From Macrostomum lignano (Eukaryota), in NCBI GenBank assembly GCA_002269645.1, contig NIVC01004153.1:1-57665 (forward strand): 57,665 bases of DNA, in the 5' to 3' direction. Position numbers and translations under genes: made by a program. Under the pieces are notes generated by a model that saw nothing but the letters and a program-made list of their open reading frames with translations, had not been told where the DNA came from and ran no database searches. This document shows positions 18,732-32,000 of this stretch, piece after piece. Within the stretch, counting starts at the first letter, position 1. Each line of letters begins with the position of its first letter.

Positions 18732-21700
18732 GTCTCAAAGTTGCCGACATCAACAAGGCCGCAGGGCTTCGCTTGCATCGGCGAGGCGGCGAAGCCCCAG
18801 CGAAAGCCGGTCAACAGCAGCCGGCTGCTCTGTCCAAGCCCGGCGCTGCCGCCGCGGCCTCCAAAAATAAAAACAAAGAGAATGCCGCCTCTGCTAAGCC
18901 AGGCAATAATAGCAAAGCTGTCAGACTGCCGGCTGTCAAGGCTAAGCCTGCTGTTGTTGATGTGCCACCAGCTGCTGCGGCAGTTCCGGCGACTGGCAAT
19001 GCTGCGGACAGGTGCACCGAATCGCTGAAGAAGAAGTACTCTGAGGTTTGTTTGAGGTAGTGTCCGACTCTTGCGTTAGGACTCAGGAGCCGTGGTTCGA
19101 TTCCCTGCGCTGCCACAATCATTTGAGGCTTGTCGTGCATGCTTGGGCGCAACCTTGGGATTCACCCCACCGATTCTATTGACAACACACTATTGGTAGT
19201 CACGTGACTGCTCTCAGCCAATAGCGACTTACATCATCATGTGTGTGTTGCCAATCGAAACGGCCGTGTGAATCCCAAGGTTGCGCATTTTTGTAATGTC
19301 GTGTGATTCAAAACCATGAGGATCAACTCCTAAGGCACAGAAAGTGTACATGCTGCTGTACACCCTGTGAGAGCGTGTGCATGAGTGCGTGCCTGTGTAC
19401 AGCGCTTGCATGTGCTCAGGAGCCAGTGGAATGGGCAGCAGTGCCATCAGCACTGGTTGTGACCTGTCTTATTTATCGGCTAGTTTATTTCAGTTATCTT
19501 ATATCAGCATCGGCAACTGAGGTTTCTCATAAATCTCATACATCTCGTAGGTCGGCGACGTGGACAATGAGTCCGAGGATTGCAGAGACTGCCTGCTGGT
19601 GTCAGCCTATGTCAAGGACATCTTCACCTACCTGCAGCAGCTGGAGATCAGCGCCGCGGCTGTGAGGCCGGATTTCCTTCAGAGCCCAAGCCGGCTGCAG
19701 ATCACGCCTAGGATGCGGACCATCCTGTGCGACTGGCTGGTGCAGGTGCGGCTCTGCTCTGCTGTCATTGTGTGCTCTGCTCTGCTGTCATTGTGTGCTC
19801 TGCTCTGCTGTCCACTCTATTCCACTCTGCTGTCCACCCTATTCCACTCTGCTGTCCACTCTATTCCACTCTGCTGTCCACTCTGCTGTCCACTCTGCTG
19901 TCCACTCTGCTGTCCACCCTATTCCACTCTGCTGTCCACTCTGCTGTCCACCCTATTCCACTCTGCTGTCCACCCTATTCCACTCTGCTGTCCACTCTGC
20001 TGTCCACCCTATTCCACTCTGCTGTCCACTCTGCTGTCCACCCTATTCCACTCTGCTGTCCACCCTATTCCACTCTGCTGTCCACTCTGCTGTCCACCCT
20101 ATTCCACTCTGCTGTCCACCCTATTCCACTCTGCTGTCCACTCTGCTGTCCACCCTATTCCACTCTGCTGTCCACTCTGCTGTCCACCCTATTCCACTCT
20201 GCTGTCCACCCTATTCCACTCTGCTGTCCACTCTGCTGTCCACCCTATTCCACTCTCCTGTCCACTCTGCTGTCCACTGTATTCCACTCTGCTGTCCACT
20301 CTATTCCACTGCTAGTTCTAGCCGGCAATGCCGCTCCGCATTTTCAGGTCCACCAGCGCTTCACCCTGCTGCCGGAGAGCCTGTACCTCACCTATCACAT
20401 CATTGACGCCTTCATGTCCTCGGATGCCGGGGCCAGCGTGAAGAAAAGCGAATTCCAGCTGATCGGCGTGTCTGCCATGCTTCTGGCCAGCAAGTACGAA
20501 GAGATCTACCCGCCTAACGTTGCCGACTTTGTGTACATCACTGATCAGGCTTTCACTGGTAATTGCTTTTTTATTAACTTCCTCAATGACTGGGAAAAAT
20601 CGCGAGAAGATTTAAATAAAAAATAGTATTTTTAGCAGAGCGTGGTTTCGATCCACGGACCTCTGGGTTATGGGCCCAGCACGCTTCCACTGCGCCACTC
20701 TGCTCTGGCATTTCCTAGCCTGAGATCTGAGTATTTGTGCCTGCAGTGTGGACTGTGCTATATATCAATATTTACCGAATCAAAATGATGAAATATTAAC
20801 GGCTGGAAACAGTTGCTCTTGTCAAGCATAGTTCGTCTACTGTGAGTAGACTATATGATATTTTTGCTGACTAATTTTTTCTACGCGGCGAAAAAAGCCT
20901 GCCTTTGTCTCTAAAATCTTTCGGGCCTTTTACCAGAGACCTGCTCTAGAACCCCTGCTTCCTGTACAAGTTGTCATTCTGTGCTGGAACAAGCCCTTCT
21001 TGTACAAGTCATCATTTTGTACTGGAATTCCTGCTTCCTGTACAAGTCATCATTCTGTACTGGGACCCCTGCTTCCTGTACAAGTCATCATTCTGTACTG
21101 GAACCCCTGCTTCCTGTACAAGTCATCATTCTGTACTGGAACCCCTGCTTCCTGTACAAGTCATCATTCTGTACTGGAACCCCTGCTTCCTGTACAAGTC
21201 ATCATTCTGTACTGGAACCCTTGCTTCCTGTACAAGTCATTCTGTACGTGAACAACCCTTGTTTCCTGTAGAAGTCATTCTGTACTGGAACAACCCTTGT
21301 TTCCTGTACAAGTCACCTTCCTGTACTAAAACCACTCTTTTGTACAAGAAATCCAGTATTCTGTAAAAGTACAAGTCAGTTTGTCCTGTACTAGACCCAA
21401 CCCTTTTCTGTACATGTGCAATAGTCTAGTGCTAGTATCCTGTATTAGAAGCACACTCCTTGTACAAGCGTCGCCGTCAGCTCTACAATGCCCCCCTTCT
21501 CACTCTAATCACTCAGCCGCCGAGATCCGGGCCACCGAGCAGCGCCTGCTGAAGCAACTGAACTTCTTCCTGGGCTATCCGCTGCCCATTCACTTCCTGC
21601 GCCGATACAGCAAGGTGGCCGCGGCCACTCCAGCCGTACACGAGGCCGCCAAGTACCTGGCCGAGTTGGCTAGGGCTGACTACTCGGCCGCTCACCTGCC

Positions 21701-22643
21701 ACCTTCCGGATTGGCCGCCGGCGCATTCTGTCTGGCCCGCGAACTGCTGCCTAGCCGGGAGGGCGCCTGCGGCGGCTCCGGCTGGACAGACGCGCTTGAA
21801 GTGTTCTCGGGCTACAGCAGGCAGCAGCTGGAGCCTCTGGTCAGGCAGATTGCTGGCCTGGCTGTGCGGGCCGGGGACAATGCCAAGTGAGCTCTGAGTT
21901 TGGTGCCGCCCTTGTAGTCAGCTGACCCCCTCCCTAACCATTCAGTGTGTGATGGGGGTCAGCTGACCTCTCCCTAGTCATTCTGTGTGCGATGGGGGTC
22001 AGCTGACCTCTCCGTAGTCATTCAGTGTGCGATGGGGGTCAGCTGACCCCTCCCTAATCATTTGTGTGATGGGGGTCAGCTGACTCTCCCTAGTCATTCA
22101 GTGTGCGATGGGGGTCAGCTGACCCCTCCCTAATCATTTTGTGTGCGATGGGGTTCAGCTGACCTCTCCGTTGTCATTCAGTGTGCGATGGGTGTCAGCT
22201 GACCCCTCCCTAATCATTTGTGTAATGGGGGTCAGCTGACTCTCCCTAGTCATTCAGTGTGCGATGGGGGTCAGCTGACCTCCCTAGTCATTCAGTTTGC
22301 GATGGGGGTCAGCTGACCTCCCTAATCATTCAGTGTGCGATGGGGTCAGCTGACTCTCCCTAGTCATTCAGTGTGCGATGGGGGTCAGCTGACCTCTCCC
22401 TAGTCATTCAGTGTGAGATGGGGGTCAGCTGACCCTTTCCCGAATCCTTCAGTGTGCGATGGGGGTCAGCTGACCTCTCCCTAGTCATTCAGTGAAGCCG
22501 TTGTTCTCAATCTCCGCCCCTCCATCCGCAGGTACACCGCCATCCGCAAGAAGTACTCCAGCAGTTCGGGCAGCATGGTGAGCACCTGGCCTGAGCTGGA
22601 CGGTACGGGCGAGGCGCTCCGTTCTGCCGCCGGCCTCAGCTAG
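18732..22643 (+). CDS. CCNB: B-type cyclin, 5'-partial: exons 18732-19045, 19551-19745, 20348-20558, 21517-21886, 22532-22643; start exon not identified
   Basis: YVKDIFTYL, MRTILCDWLVQVHQRF.LLPESLYL, LIGVSAMLLASKYEEIYPP, PLPIHFLRRYSK; GT-AG junctions in consistent phase. Confidence 0.9.
19055..19465 (+). mobile_element. Degenerate tRNA-headed SINE-like sequence in a cyclin B intron
   Basis: B-box GGTTCGATTCC near 19093; 19340-19465 resembles the repeat at 30535-30765 and 33735-34010. Confidence 0.4.
19752..20312. repeat. Intronic minisatellite (CTCTGCTGTCCA and CCCTATTCCA sub-units)
   Basis: Tandem mix of 12- and 22-bp units filling most of a cyclin B intron. Confidence 0.95.
20633..20704 (-). 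tRNA. trnM-i: Initiator tRNA-Met (CAT), antisense in a cyclin B intron
   Basis: AGCAGAGTGGCGCAGTGGAAGCGTGCTGGGCCCATAACCCAGAGGTCCGTGGATCGAAACCACGCTCTGCTA: 72 nt, A1:U72, C33, GATCGAAA T-loop, downstream T run. Confidence 0.97.
20940..21370. repeat. Intronic minisatellite, about 38-bp unit
   Basis: TGTACAAGTC recurs at 21001, 21039, 21077 and onward. Confidence 0.9.
21915..22495. repeat. Intronic minisatellite, about 40-bp unit
   Basis: GATGGGGGTCAGCTGAC recurs at 21951, 21991, 22031 and onward. Confidence 0.9.
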
Positions 22644-23478
22644 GCCTTTGACCTTGTTTGACCCCGGCAGCAGGACTTTCGCAGCTCAGTGTTGCTTTAT
22701 TATCATATACACCTCTTTTTGTATCTCATATAGCACGTTAATATTTAATAATCATATTAGCCATATGAGTTATTAAAATCATATTTTCAATTGCTGCTTC
22801 AATATGCTTTCAACAATCTTTTGCTAAATAATCCTTTTGTTCAACTATTAGCGCATTTTCTATTTTTTAAGACGTAACTTTTTTCCTATTATAATAGTTA
22901 TTAAAATTGGTGCATTTTTGTTTTAATCATTAATTATTTGAAATGAACTCGTCCAGCTTCGCTAGACAATAAAACGTGCTGTTTAAATCTGCATTTTTGT
23001 GCATTTCTACATGACAAGCGGGCTCTGTAATCAATATTTAATACACGGCCTCCTTGTCTGTTATATTATTAATAATCATACTCACTGTGCCACTATTACA
23101 TAGTCATGTAACCGTACTCTTCAAAGCAATTTCCTAACTATTAATTTTTTACCATAATTTTTAAACATCGCCAACCATCCCAACCGCAGCGCGTGTGACC
23201 TCCCAGCTTGCAATCTATTTTATTATTGTATTGTAACATTGAAAAACTGACAAATATAAACCTATTTTACATTATTTATGGCCTATTAAATTGGTCGCTT
23301 ATAAACAATTCCGGCTCGATCGCTGTGAGCTAAAATTATCAAGTTGTTTTCTTAGAAACAGTTTTTTTTTCGCTTTTTGCTTTAAAAATAGGCGGAATAT
23401 CCTACTGCCACTTGCAGTTAAGTAGTGTATTAGCGCATGCTCGATGCTTAAATTGAACAATAAAATTCTCCAGCTGCA

Positions 23479-25657
23479 ATGTCCTCTGCGGAGCCGGGCT
23501 CTGCTAGCGGGCTGCATTTGGCAACTGTGCCGTCTGCCGCCTGGCCGATAGTCTACCGGCCGGAGTACGACATCGACTTTGGCGGCCTGGAGAAGGTGCA
23601 CCCGTTCGATGCCCGCAAGTGGGGCCGCATAGCTCGATTCCTGCTGGACGACGGGCTGCTGGCTGCTGAGGATCTGGTCGAACCGCTGGAGGCTGAGGCT
23701 GCCGACCTGCTGCGGGTGCACACCAGAGAGTACTTGGACTCGCTCAATGTGAGCTGCTGGATTCAGGACCTGCTTGATGAGATTCAGGACCTGCTTGATG
23801 AGATTCAGGACCTGCTTGATGAGATTCAGGACCTGCTTGATGAGATTCAGGACCTGCTTGATGAGATTCAGGACCTGCTTGATGAGATTCAGGACCTGCT
23901 TGATGAGATTCAGGACCTGCTTGATGAGATTCAGGACCAGCTTGATGAGATTCAGGACCAGCTTGATGAGATTCAGGACCTGCTTGATAAGATTCAGGAC
24001 CAGCTTGATGAGATTCAGGACCTGCTTGATGAGATTCAGGACCTGCTTGATGAGATTCAGGACCTGCTTGATGAGATTCAGGACCAGCTTGATGAGATTC
24101 AGGACCTGCTTGATGAGATTCAGGACCAGCTTGATGAGATTCAGGACCTGCTTGATGAGATTCAGGACCAGCTTGATGAGATTCAGGACCTGCTTGATGA
24201 GATTCAGGACCTGCTTGATGAGATTCAGGACCTGCTTGATGAGATTCAGGACCAGCTTGATGAGATTCAGGACCTGCTTGATGAGATTCAGGACTTGCTT
24301 GATGAGATTCAGGACCAGCTATGAGATTTAGGAGTTTGCTTATGTGATTCAGGACCGTCTTGATAAAATTCAGGACCAGCTTGATGAGATTCAGGACCAG
24401 CTTGATGAGATTCAGACATTTAGTTTGAGGGTGCCATGGAAAAGCGAATTCTGGCTTGAAGATGAGATGCAATAATTTTTTATACATGGATAATATTGCT
24501 TAGGAGCATACATTACTAACAGTAGTTAATTTGCATTTATCGGTGCCCAGGACAGCCGCGTGGTGGCGCAGGTAGCCGAGGTGCCTCTAGTGGCCGCTCT
24601 GCCCAACTCGCTGGTACAGGAGAAACTGCTCAAACCGTTTCGCTACCAGACTGGTGGCACCGTACTGGTGAGTCATGCTGGTGCTGGAAAATTTTCACAG
24701 TTAATATCTGATAGTTTAAGCTCTGGGCCAGCAGAAATGAAGATTTATTCAAGTTAGAAAATGCTTAAACTGGTGAATCTTTATTTTTAATAGAGGAGAA
24801 TTGAGCAAAAAAGTATTTAGCAGAGCGTGGTTTCGATCCACGGACCTCTGGGTTATGGGCCCAGCACGCTTCCACTGCGCCACTCTGCTCTGGCATTTCC
24901 GAGCCTGAGATCTGCGCATTTCTGCCTTGTATCCAAGCCAAAATCCTGTCAGTTTGTTTTATATTTGCCCTTTTAACATGATGAAATATCAACATGCCTA
25001 GAAGAATTTTCTTGTCAGGCAGTTTTCGTCTACTGTTAGTAGGTATTGCAAGAATATTGTTGGTAAAATTTGAAAAATCTAGTAGATATTGAAACAAAAA
25101 TAATGACGAAATTTCGAAAGCCAGCAGTCCAGTTGTGCTTCTTTAGAAGTCCTTGCTGACGCAACGATGCCGCCCCGCCCGCAGGCTGCCAAGCTCGCCC
25201 TGGATCGCGGCTGGGCCATCAATCTGGGCGGCGGGTTTCATCACTGCTGCTCGGAGCGCGGCGGCGGCTTCTGCGCCTACGCCGACATCAGCCTGGCCGT
25301 GCGGCTGCTGGACGCCCCTCGACGGGTCATGATTGTCGATCTGGACGCCCATCAAGGCAACGGCTACGCCAGAGATCTGGGTGCCGATTCCAATGTGTAC
25401 ATCCTGGATGTTTACAATGCCGATATTTATCCTGGCGATCAGGAGGCTGCAGGTTGGCTGCTGCTGGGGCTTTGGGAAGTTGAATAGTAGGAGAAGGCTG
25501 GTTGGAGAGAGGGAGATAGGAAAGGCGAGAGAGGGAGATAGGAGAGGCAAGAGAGGCGAGAGAGAGGGAGATAATAAAAGGAGAGAAGGAGATAGGAGAA
25601 AGGAGAGGGAGATAGGAGAAAGGAGAGGGAGATAGGAGAGTCGAGAAAGGGAGATAG

Positions 25658-25721
<64 letters not shown>

Positions 25722-27235
25722 TAGGAGGGGCGAGAGAGAGAGATAGGAGAGGCGAGAGAGAGAGATAGGAGAGGCGAGAGAGGGGGAGGTAGGAGAGGTG
25801 AGAGAGGGGGAGATTGGAGGGGCGAGAGAGGGAGAGGAAAGAGAGGGAGATAACAGAGGCGAGAGAAAAAGTTAGGAGAAAGGAGAGAGGAGAGGAAGGG
25901 GATATTAATCCCAATCTTAACTCCGAGGGTCAGGTGGTAGGCAGCCGACGCCCCCCCCCAACCTCGCCGCCCCCCCCTCCCTGGCAGCGCTGATCTCCCG
26001 CAGACTGGAGCTGGCCTCGGGCATCGAAGACGCGGCCTACCTGGCTGAGGTGACGGCAGCCCTGGCGGCCGCCCTGTCCGACTTCCCATCGCCTGAGCTG
26101 GTGCTGTACAACGCCGGCACGGATGTTATGGACGGTGACCCGCTGGGTCGCATGCGCATCAGTGCGCAGGTGCGAAATACATGCAAATGCATGGGGATAC
26201 TCTTGCACTCATAGGGCTTGTCAGATCTAATCTGGGATTTTGGATGCTAATTCCCAGCCCGATCCTAATCCCAATCCAAATCCAAATCCCAATCCCAAAC
26301 CAAATCCAAATCCCAATCCAAATCCAAATCCAAATTTCCTATCCAAATTCCAAATCCCAATCCAAATCCAAATCCAAATCCCAATCCAAATCCAAATCCC
26401 AATCCAAATCCAAATCCAAATCCAAATCCAAATTCCAAATCCAAATTCCAAATCCAAATCCCAAATCTCAATCCAAATCCCAATACCAATCCAAATCCCA
26501 ATCCAAATCCCAAACCAAATTCCAAATCTAAATTCAAATCCAAACCCAAATCCAAATCCCAATCCAAATCTAAATCGCAATTCCAATCCCAATACAAATC
26601 CAAATTCCAAATCCAAATCCCAATCCCAATCTAAATCTAAATCGCAATTCCAATCCCAATCCAAATCCAAATCCAAATCCCAATCCAAATCTAAATCGCA
26701 TTTCCAATCCCAATCCAAATCCCATTCCCAAATCCCAATCCAAATCCCATTCCCAAATCCCAATCCAAATCCCATTCCCAAATCCCAATCCAAATCCCAT
26801 TCCCAAATCCCAATCCCAAACCAAATCCCAAATCTAAATCCCAAATCCAAATCCAAATCCCAATCCAAATCCCATTCCCAAATCCCAATCCAAATCCCAT
26901 TCCCAAATCCCAATCCCAAACCAAATCCCAAATCTAAATCCCAAATCCAAATCCAAATCCCAATCCAAATCCCATAATCCCAAACCTAATTCCAAATCTA
27001 AATCCCAAATCCCAAACCTAATTCCAAATCTAAATCCCAAATCCAAATTCAAATCCCAATCCAAACGCAGGGCATTGTGCAGCGAGACGAGCTGGTGTTT
27101 CAAGCCTGCCGATCTCGCGGCATCCCTGTCGCCATGGTAACCAGCGGCGGTTACCAGCAGAGCAACGCGCGAGTGATTGCAGACTCCATACTGAACCTGC
27201 GCGCTAAAGGCTTGATTGCAAGGCCTGGGCGATAG
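23479..27235 (+). CDS. HDAC11: Histone deacetylase 11: exons 23479-23748, 24551-24667, 25185-25452, 25988-26169, 27071-27235
   Basis: HPFDARKW, QTGGTVL, INLGGGFHH, IVDLDAHQGNG, YNAGTDVMDGDPLG, VTSGGYQ; in-phase GT-AG junctions. Confidence 0.93.
23757..24415. repeat. 21-bp intronic minisatellite (GAGATTCAGGACCTGCTTGAT)
   Basis: Roughly 30 tandem units in HDAC11 intron 1. Confidence 0.95.
24818..24889 (-). tRNA. trnM-i: Initiator tRNA-Met (CAT), antisense in HDAC11 intron 2
   Basis: Identical to the copy at 20633-20704. Confidence 0.97.
25495..25900. repeat. GA-rich low-complexity tract
   Basis: (GA)n and GGAGA(G/T)AGG units in HDAC11 intron 3. Confidence 0.9.
26250..27065. repeat. (CCAAAT/CCCAAT)n hexamer satellite
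   Basis: Fills HDAC11 intron 4 up to the acceptor. Confidence 0.95.
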
Positions 27236-27714
27236 AATTAAAAAAGTATTGCATCTGTTTGTCAGTTCTATTCCAATGATTATTCCATTCTGTTCTGCTC
27301 CACCTTTAGATTTCTATGCTGAGAAAAGTGATTTACGCTACTAATCGGCCCAGTCTAGATATCTAGATATTCTAGAGAAACAAAGACTCATCTAGTGCCT
27401 TTGATTTGGGAGATTAATTACATGTTTAACTTTTCTCTCTAAAAGCGTTTGTAATAAGCTTAAAAATGAAATCGTTTTTTTAGTGTCATTTTTGCAAAAA
27501 TATTATTAAATCGCTTAAATTGCTACTGCTGTCCAGTCCATGCTTTAATTATTAGTGTGTTGTGTATTTCGCTTTGTGCTTGAAAAGCTAGTTCTGCTAG
27601 CAGTTACAGCTATTTTTTCAGTGTGTCTCATTTGACTTTTTGTGCATGAAAATTTTGGACAGAATTGCCTCAGCGCTGGTTGTTGGACAATGTCACCTAG
27701 GGCGTTGTGCCATT

Positions 27715-27880
27715 GGGGGGTGTAGTCTAGATCGTCGGATTCACGACTGAAAGATCGGGGGTTCGATTCTCGACCCAGTCGCAAAAATCTGTGTCCTTGA
27801 ACAAGACACTTAACTCTGCATTGCTTCAGTTCACCCAGCTTTAAAATGGGTGCCAGCATTAGCTGGGGTAATTGAGGGAG
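27715..27880 (+). mobile_element. tRNA-derived SINE with a CORE/MIR-like central domain
   Basis: B-box GGTTCGATTC, then TGTGTCCTTGAACAAGACACTTAAC...CTTTAAAATGGG; reverse copy at about 35790-35930. Confidence 0.7.
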
Positions 27881-28038
27881 TACGTGTGTACGCGACCCGC
27901 AGCTGTTATCAAATATAATTATTTATTAAATCAAATTTCGAACTTCATTTAAAACTTATGCATCCATATCCATTTCAGCTACTGCCCGCACGATAAATTC
28001 AGTAGCATAATTAGCGCCTTTTGCTATTTTGGCGTGGA

Positions 28039-28407
28039 ATGAGTGGCGAACAGCAGCAGCAGCAGGAGCAGCTGGCCTGCGTCAGCCACTGGTTCAGCCA
28101 GTGGGGACCAGCCGAGAAGGCGGAGTTCCTCACCGACCTGGTGCTGGCCGCGGCGCCGTCAGCTCTGTGCCAGTCAGACGAGGGCCTGTTCCTCGTGTGC
28201 AGCCGCCTGAGCATCGCTGGCCAGCAGCAGCCCAGCCTGTTCCGCTGCCAGCTGCGCCTGTTCCGGGATTGGTTCGCCAACTGGCCAGCGGAGATGAGGA
28301 ACCGGCTGGCTGGCCGGCTGGAGCAGCTGGACCCGGCCTTTGCTGCCGAGTTTTACAGGCGGCTGGCAGCCACTGCGGACCCGGGGGCTCAGGTGCTAAA
28401 ACCCTAG
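28039..28407 (+). CDS. C14orf119-like (DUF4508) protein, single exon
   Basis: CVSHWFSQW...FLTDLV...PSLFRCQLRLFRDWFANW...EFYRRLA matches the C14orf119 pattern (from memory). Confidence 0.8.
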   Translation: MSGEQQQQQEQLACVSHWFSQWGPAEKAEFLTDLVLAAAPSALCQSDEGLFLVCSRLSIAGQQQPSLFRCQLRLFRDWFANWPAEMRNRLAGRLEQLDPAFAAEFYRRLAATADPGAQVLKP

Positions 28408-29056
28408 ATAGTGCACTCGTGCTTAGATATTAATTCTCATTCAAGCTACTCTTTCTTCAGTAGTCTAAAATGAGCATGATGCTGATTTGCATAGAATTCC
28501 CAATAGGATCGGATCCTCCAGTTGACTAAAGGGCCACTTTGGGCCGATATGTATCGCAGCTAACTTTACTCATTGCAAAATTTCTCTTAGACTATGCTAG
28601 CCCATATTTATAGTTATATGTAGCTCGTATATAAAGGAATGGTATTAGCATTGGATGCACATTTGACTGCCAGCATATACAATACAATGCACAAAACTAT
28701 TTTTGTACAGTGTACAGCAGTGTACATGCCTGGCCATTAATTTCTGGCAAGTACCTTGTAAAGCCTTATATTGGAGCTAAGCTTGAATTTTGTTTGATAA
28801 TAATTTCTCTCAGATATTAAAATGATAACTAAAAATACCACTTGCACGTATCTCTCTCTCTTTCTCTGTGACTGTTTGACACTTTGACTGTGTTTCCTAG
28901 TTTTTTCCATGGAAGTTCCATGGCATTTCCATGGAGAAGCAATATATATACGGATCTACATTTACAGTGTGTTTGTAAATAAATTGCCTGAGAAACTAGC
29001 GTTTTATTATAACGCTCGTGCATATTTTATTTTCGAACTGGTTTTTTTTCTGTTAA

Positions 29057-32000
29057 ATGCTATTATTGAACACTCCGTTCATTCTGTACGCAGCTCTGCT
29101 GCTGCTGCTGGGCATCCGGTAAGTCTCTGTTTTGTGCTGCTGTACACAGCTGAACCTTGGAATTTATCAATTAAAAACCTATTTAGATATCAATAGCTTG
29201 TGACAATTATTCAGGTGAATTATTGAAGCAATGCTTTTTGTTTGAGAGACCATAGTCCGTTCTATTGGTCTGAGCTACCCGTAATTGACGGGGGCGGCCT
29301 CGCCCTAGCCAAAAATCGGACGAAACGACCCAGACAACAGCTAAGAATCTGAATATTGACTTAGCTTAGCGTGTAGATGCGGCATATCCGTGTACTGTAG
29401 GCTAAAAATAGACTTTACGTTAACCCCAGAGTTTTCTATAAATAGCTCTCTGTACAATATCTGTACTATACATACTGAACAATGCGGTTAGTTTTCAAAA
29501 GTAAATTCAAAACAGCGTTGTGCAATCAGAAGCGTAAGGTCTACATTGTGGCATAGGCGCCCCTTGGTGCTGGCGCCCCTTGGTGCTGGCGCCCCTTGGT
29601 GCTGGCACCCCTTTGGTGCTGGCGCCCCTTTGATGCTGGCGCCCCTTGGTGCTGGCGCCCCTTGGTGCTGGCGCCCCTTGGTGCTGGCACCCCTTTGGTG
29701 CTGGCGCCCCTTTGATGCTGGCGCCCCTTGGTGCTGGCGCCCCTTGGTGCTGGCACCCCTTTGGTGCTGGCGCCCCTTTGATGCTGGCGCCCCTTGGTGC
29801 TGGCGCCCCTTGGTGCTGGCGCCCCTTTGGTGCTGGCGCCCCTTGATGTTGGCACCCCTTTGGTGCTGGCGCCCCTTGGTGCTGGCGCCCCTTGGTGCTG
29901 GCACCCCTTGGTGCTGGCGCCCCTTGGTGCTGGCACCCCTTGGTGCTGGCGCCCCTTGGTGCTGGCACCCCTTGGTGCTAAAGCCCCTTGGTGCTAAAGC
30001 CTGACACCTGCTGTATTGGCCATATATCTAAACTCGCCCAGCTGCTCGGCGGACAACTTGTACTGCTCAACCATCCAAGTGAAGATTGACTCGGACCAGC
30101 AGCAGCCGCAGCAGAGCAACAACAATTTGTGCACCTACGCCCGGGGCGAGAAACAGCTGGCCGAGACCGTTCGCAACTGCCAGTGGCAGGTTGGCTTCAA
30201 AGCGCTGCGCCAGCCGGCCCACCTGGCTCTGGAGCTGTTCGTCACGGAGATGTGGCGACAGAGGATGAGCACGATGGACCGCAACAGCAGCGCGTTTGTG
30301 CAGATTTTGAACACCACCCAGCACGGTAGGATGACAGGGTTTCGGCTTTCCAAAATTTTCTGGGTTGATTTTTATACGTGAGTTTATCATTTATGTAGGC
30401 CTGTGCACGAGGCATTACCAGTGGGATGAGAGGCTGCACTTCCAACTGTTTCAGCTGCACAATGAGTGAGTACATGCTTGCACTGCCGAGCTGTCTTTTG
30501 AAAATCTGGGAAGAATCTTTGTTAAAGGCAAAGGGGTTGTGTGCACCCTGGCGCACTTCAAGCGACATTGTCGCACAACCGGCGAGAGGCATTGTTGCCC
30601 ATTCCGGCGACTCCCCTGAGCAGTCACACAAGCGCGCGGACACAGGAGTGTACAGCGGCCCTGACTTTATTTATCGTAGGCATGTACACTTCACTGTGCC
30701 TTGGGGGGGTTGGCCCTCAAGCTGGGCATTAATTGGAATCGAGCCTGGGCCACTTGCCCATAATTCGATGTAAGTGCTGAAATGAATTTTCATTCCAATT
30801 TGCATTAAGAAGGTACACATTAGTACAATACAAGCTCATCTACGAGCCGTACATCTACATCTTTTAAGCTGCTATAGTTTTAAGCTAACGTTGGTGGTTC
30901 AACAAAGCGTGATTGAGTATGGTTTAAATGTACTCTACAATGCTTGTATGTACATGGATTACACCGAAAAAGACGGATTTTTGTGCGGTTAGGCAAGGCG
31001 AGATAGCCTTTGATTATCCACGAGGCCTGAGGTAGTTTCTGGATTCGGCCTGCACAGCACTACCGCATCCGATCCTCACCAGCTCCGACTACGTGGACGT
31101 CAGCCTGCAGTTGAACAGCAAAGCCCTCGGCAGCCTGGCCCACCGATTCTTTCTGCGCATCTCGCACGCGAAGGCGGGCTTCTGCAGCCGCGGTCTCGTC
31201 CTGCTGGATGACCGCTGCCTGGCTGTGCGAGTCACCAGTCGCGTCGCTCGAGCCGCGGCTTTTACGCGATGGAGCCAGGCAGAGCAATTCTTGGCCTCAT
31301 GTGAGTGCAGGCTCTGATAAATAGAGTAGGATATGTGATGGCCTTGCTGTGAGATCATGGTGTGAGCTTGCTGTGAGATCATGGTGTGAGCTTGCTGTGA
31401 GATCATGGTGTGAGCTTGCTGTGAGATCATGGCGTGAGCTTGCTGTGAGATCATGGCGTGAGCTTGCTGTGAGATCATGGTGTGAGCTTGCTGTGAGATC
31501 GTGGAGTGAGCTTGCTGTGAGATCATGGTGTGAGCTTGCTGTGAGATCATGGAGTGAGCTTGCTGTGAGATCGTGGAGTGAGCTTGCTGTGAGATCATGG
31601 AGTGAGCTTGCTGTGAGATCATGGAGTGAGCTTGCTGTGAGATCATGGAGTGAGCTTGCTCAGAGATCATGGAGTGAGCTTGCTCAGAGATCATGGAGTG
31701 AGCTTGCTGTGAGATCATGGAGTGAGCTTGCTGTGGGATCATGGAGTGAGCTTGCTGTGAGATCATGGAGTGAGCTTGCTGTGAGATCATGGAGTGAGCT
31801 TGCTGTGAGATCATGGAGTGAGCTTGCTGTGAGATCATGGAGTGAGCTTGCTCAGAGATCATGGAGTGAGCTTGCTGTGAGATCATGGAGTGAGCTTGCT
31901 GTGGGATCATGGAGTGAGCTTGCTCAGAGATCATGGAGTGAGCTTGCTCAGAGATCATGGAGTGAGCTTGCTGTGGGATCATGGAGTGAGCTTGCTCAGA

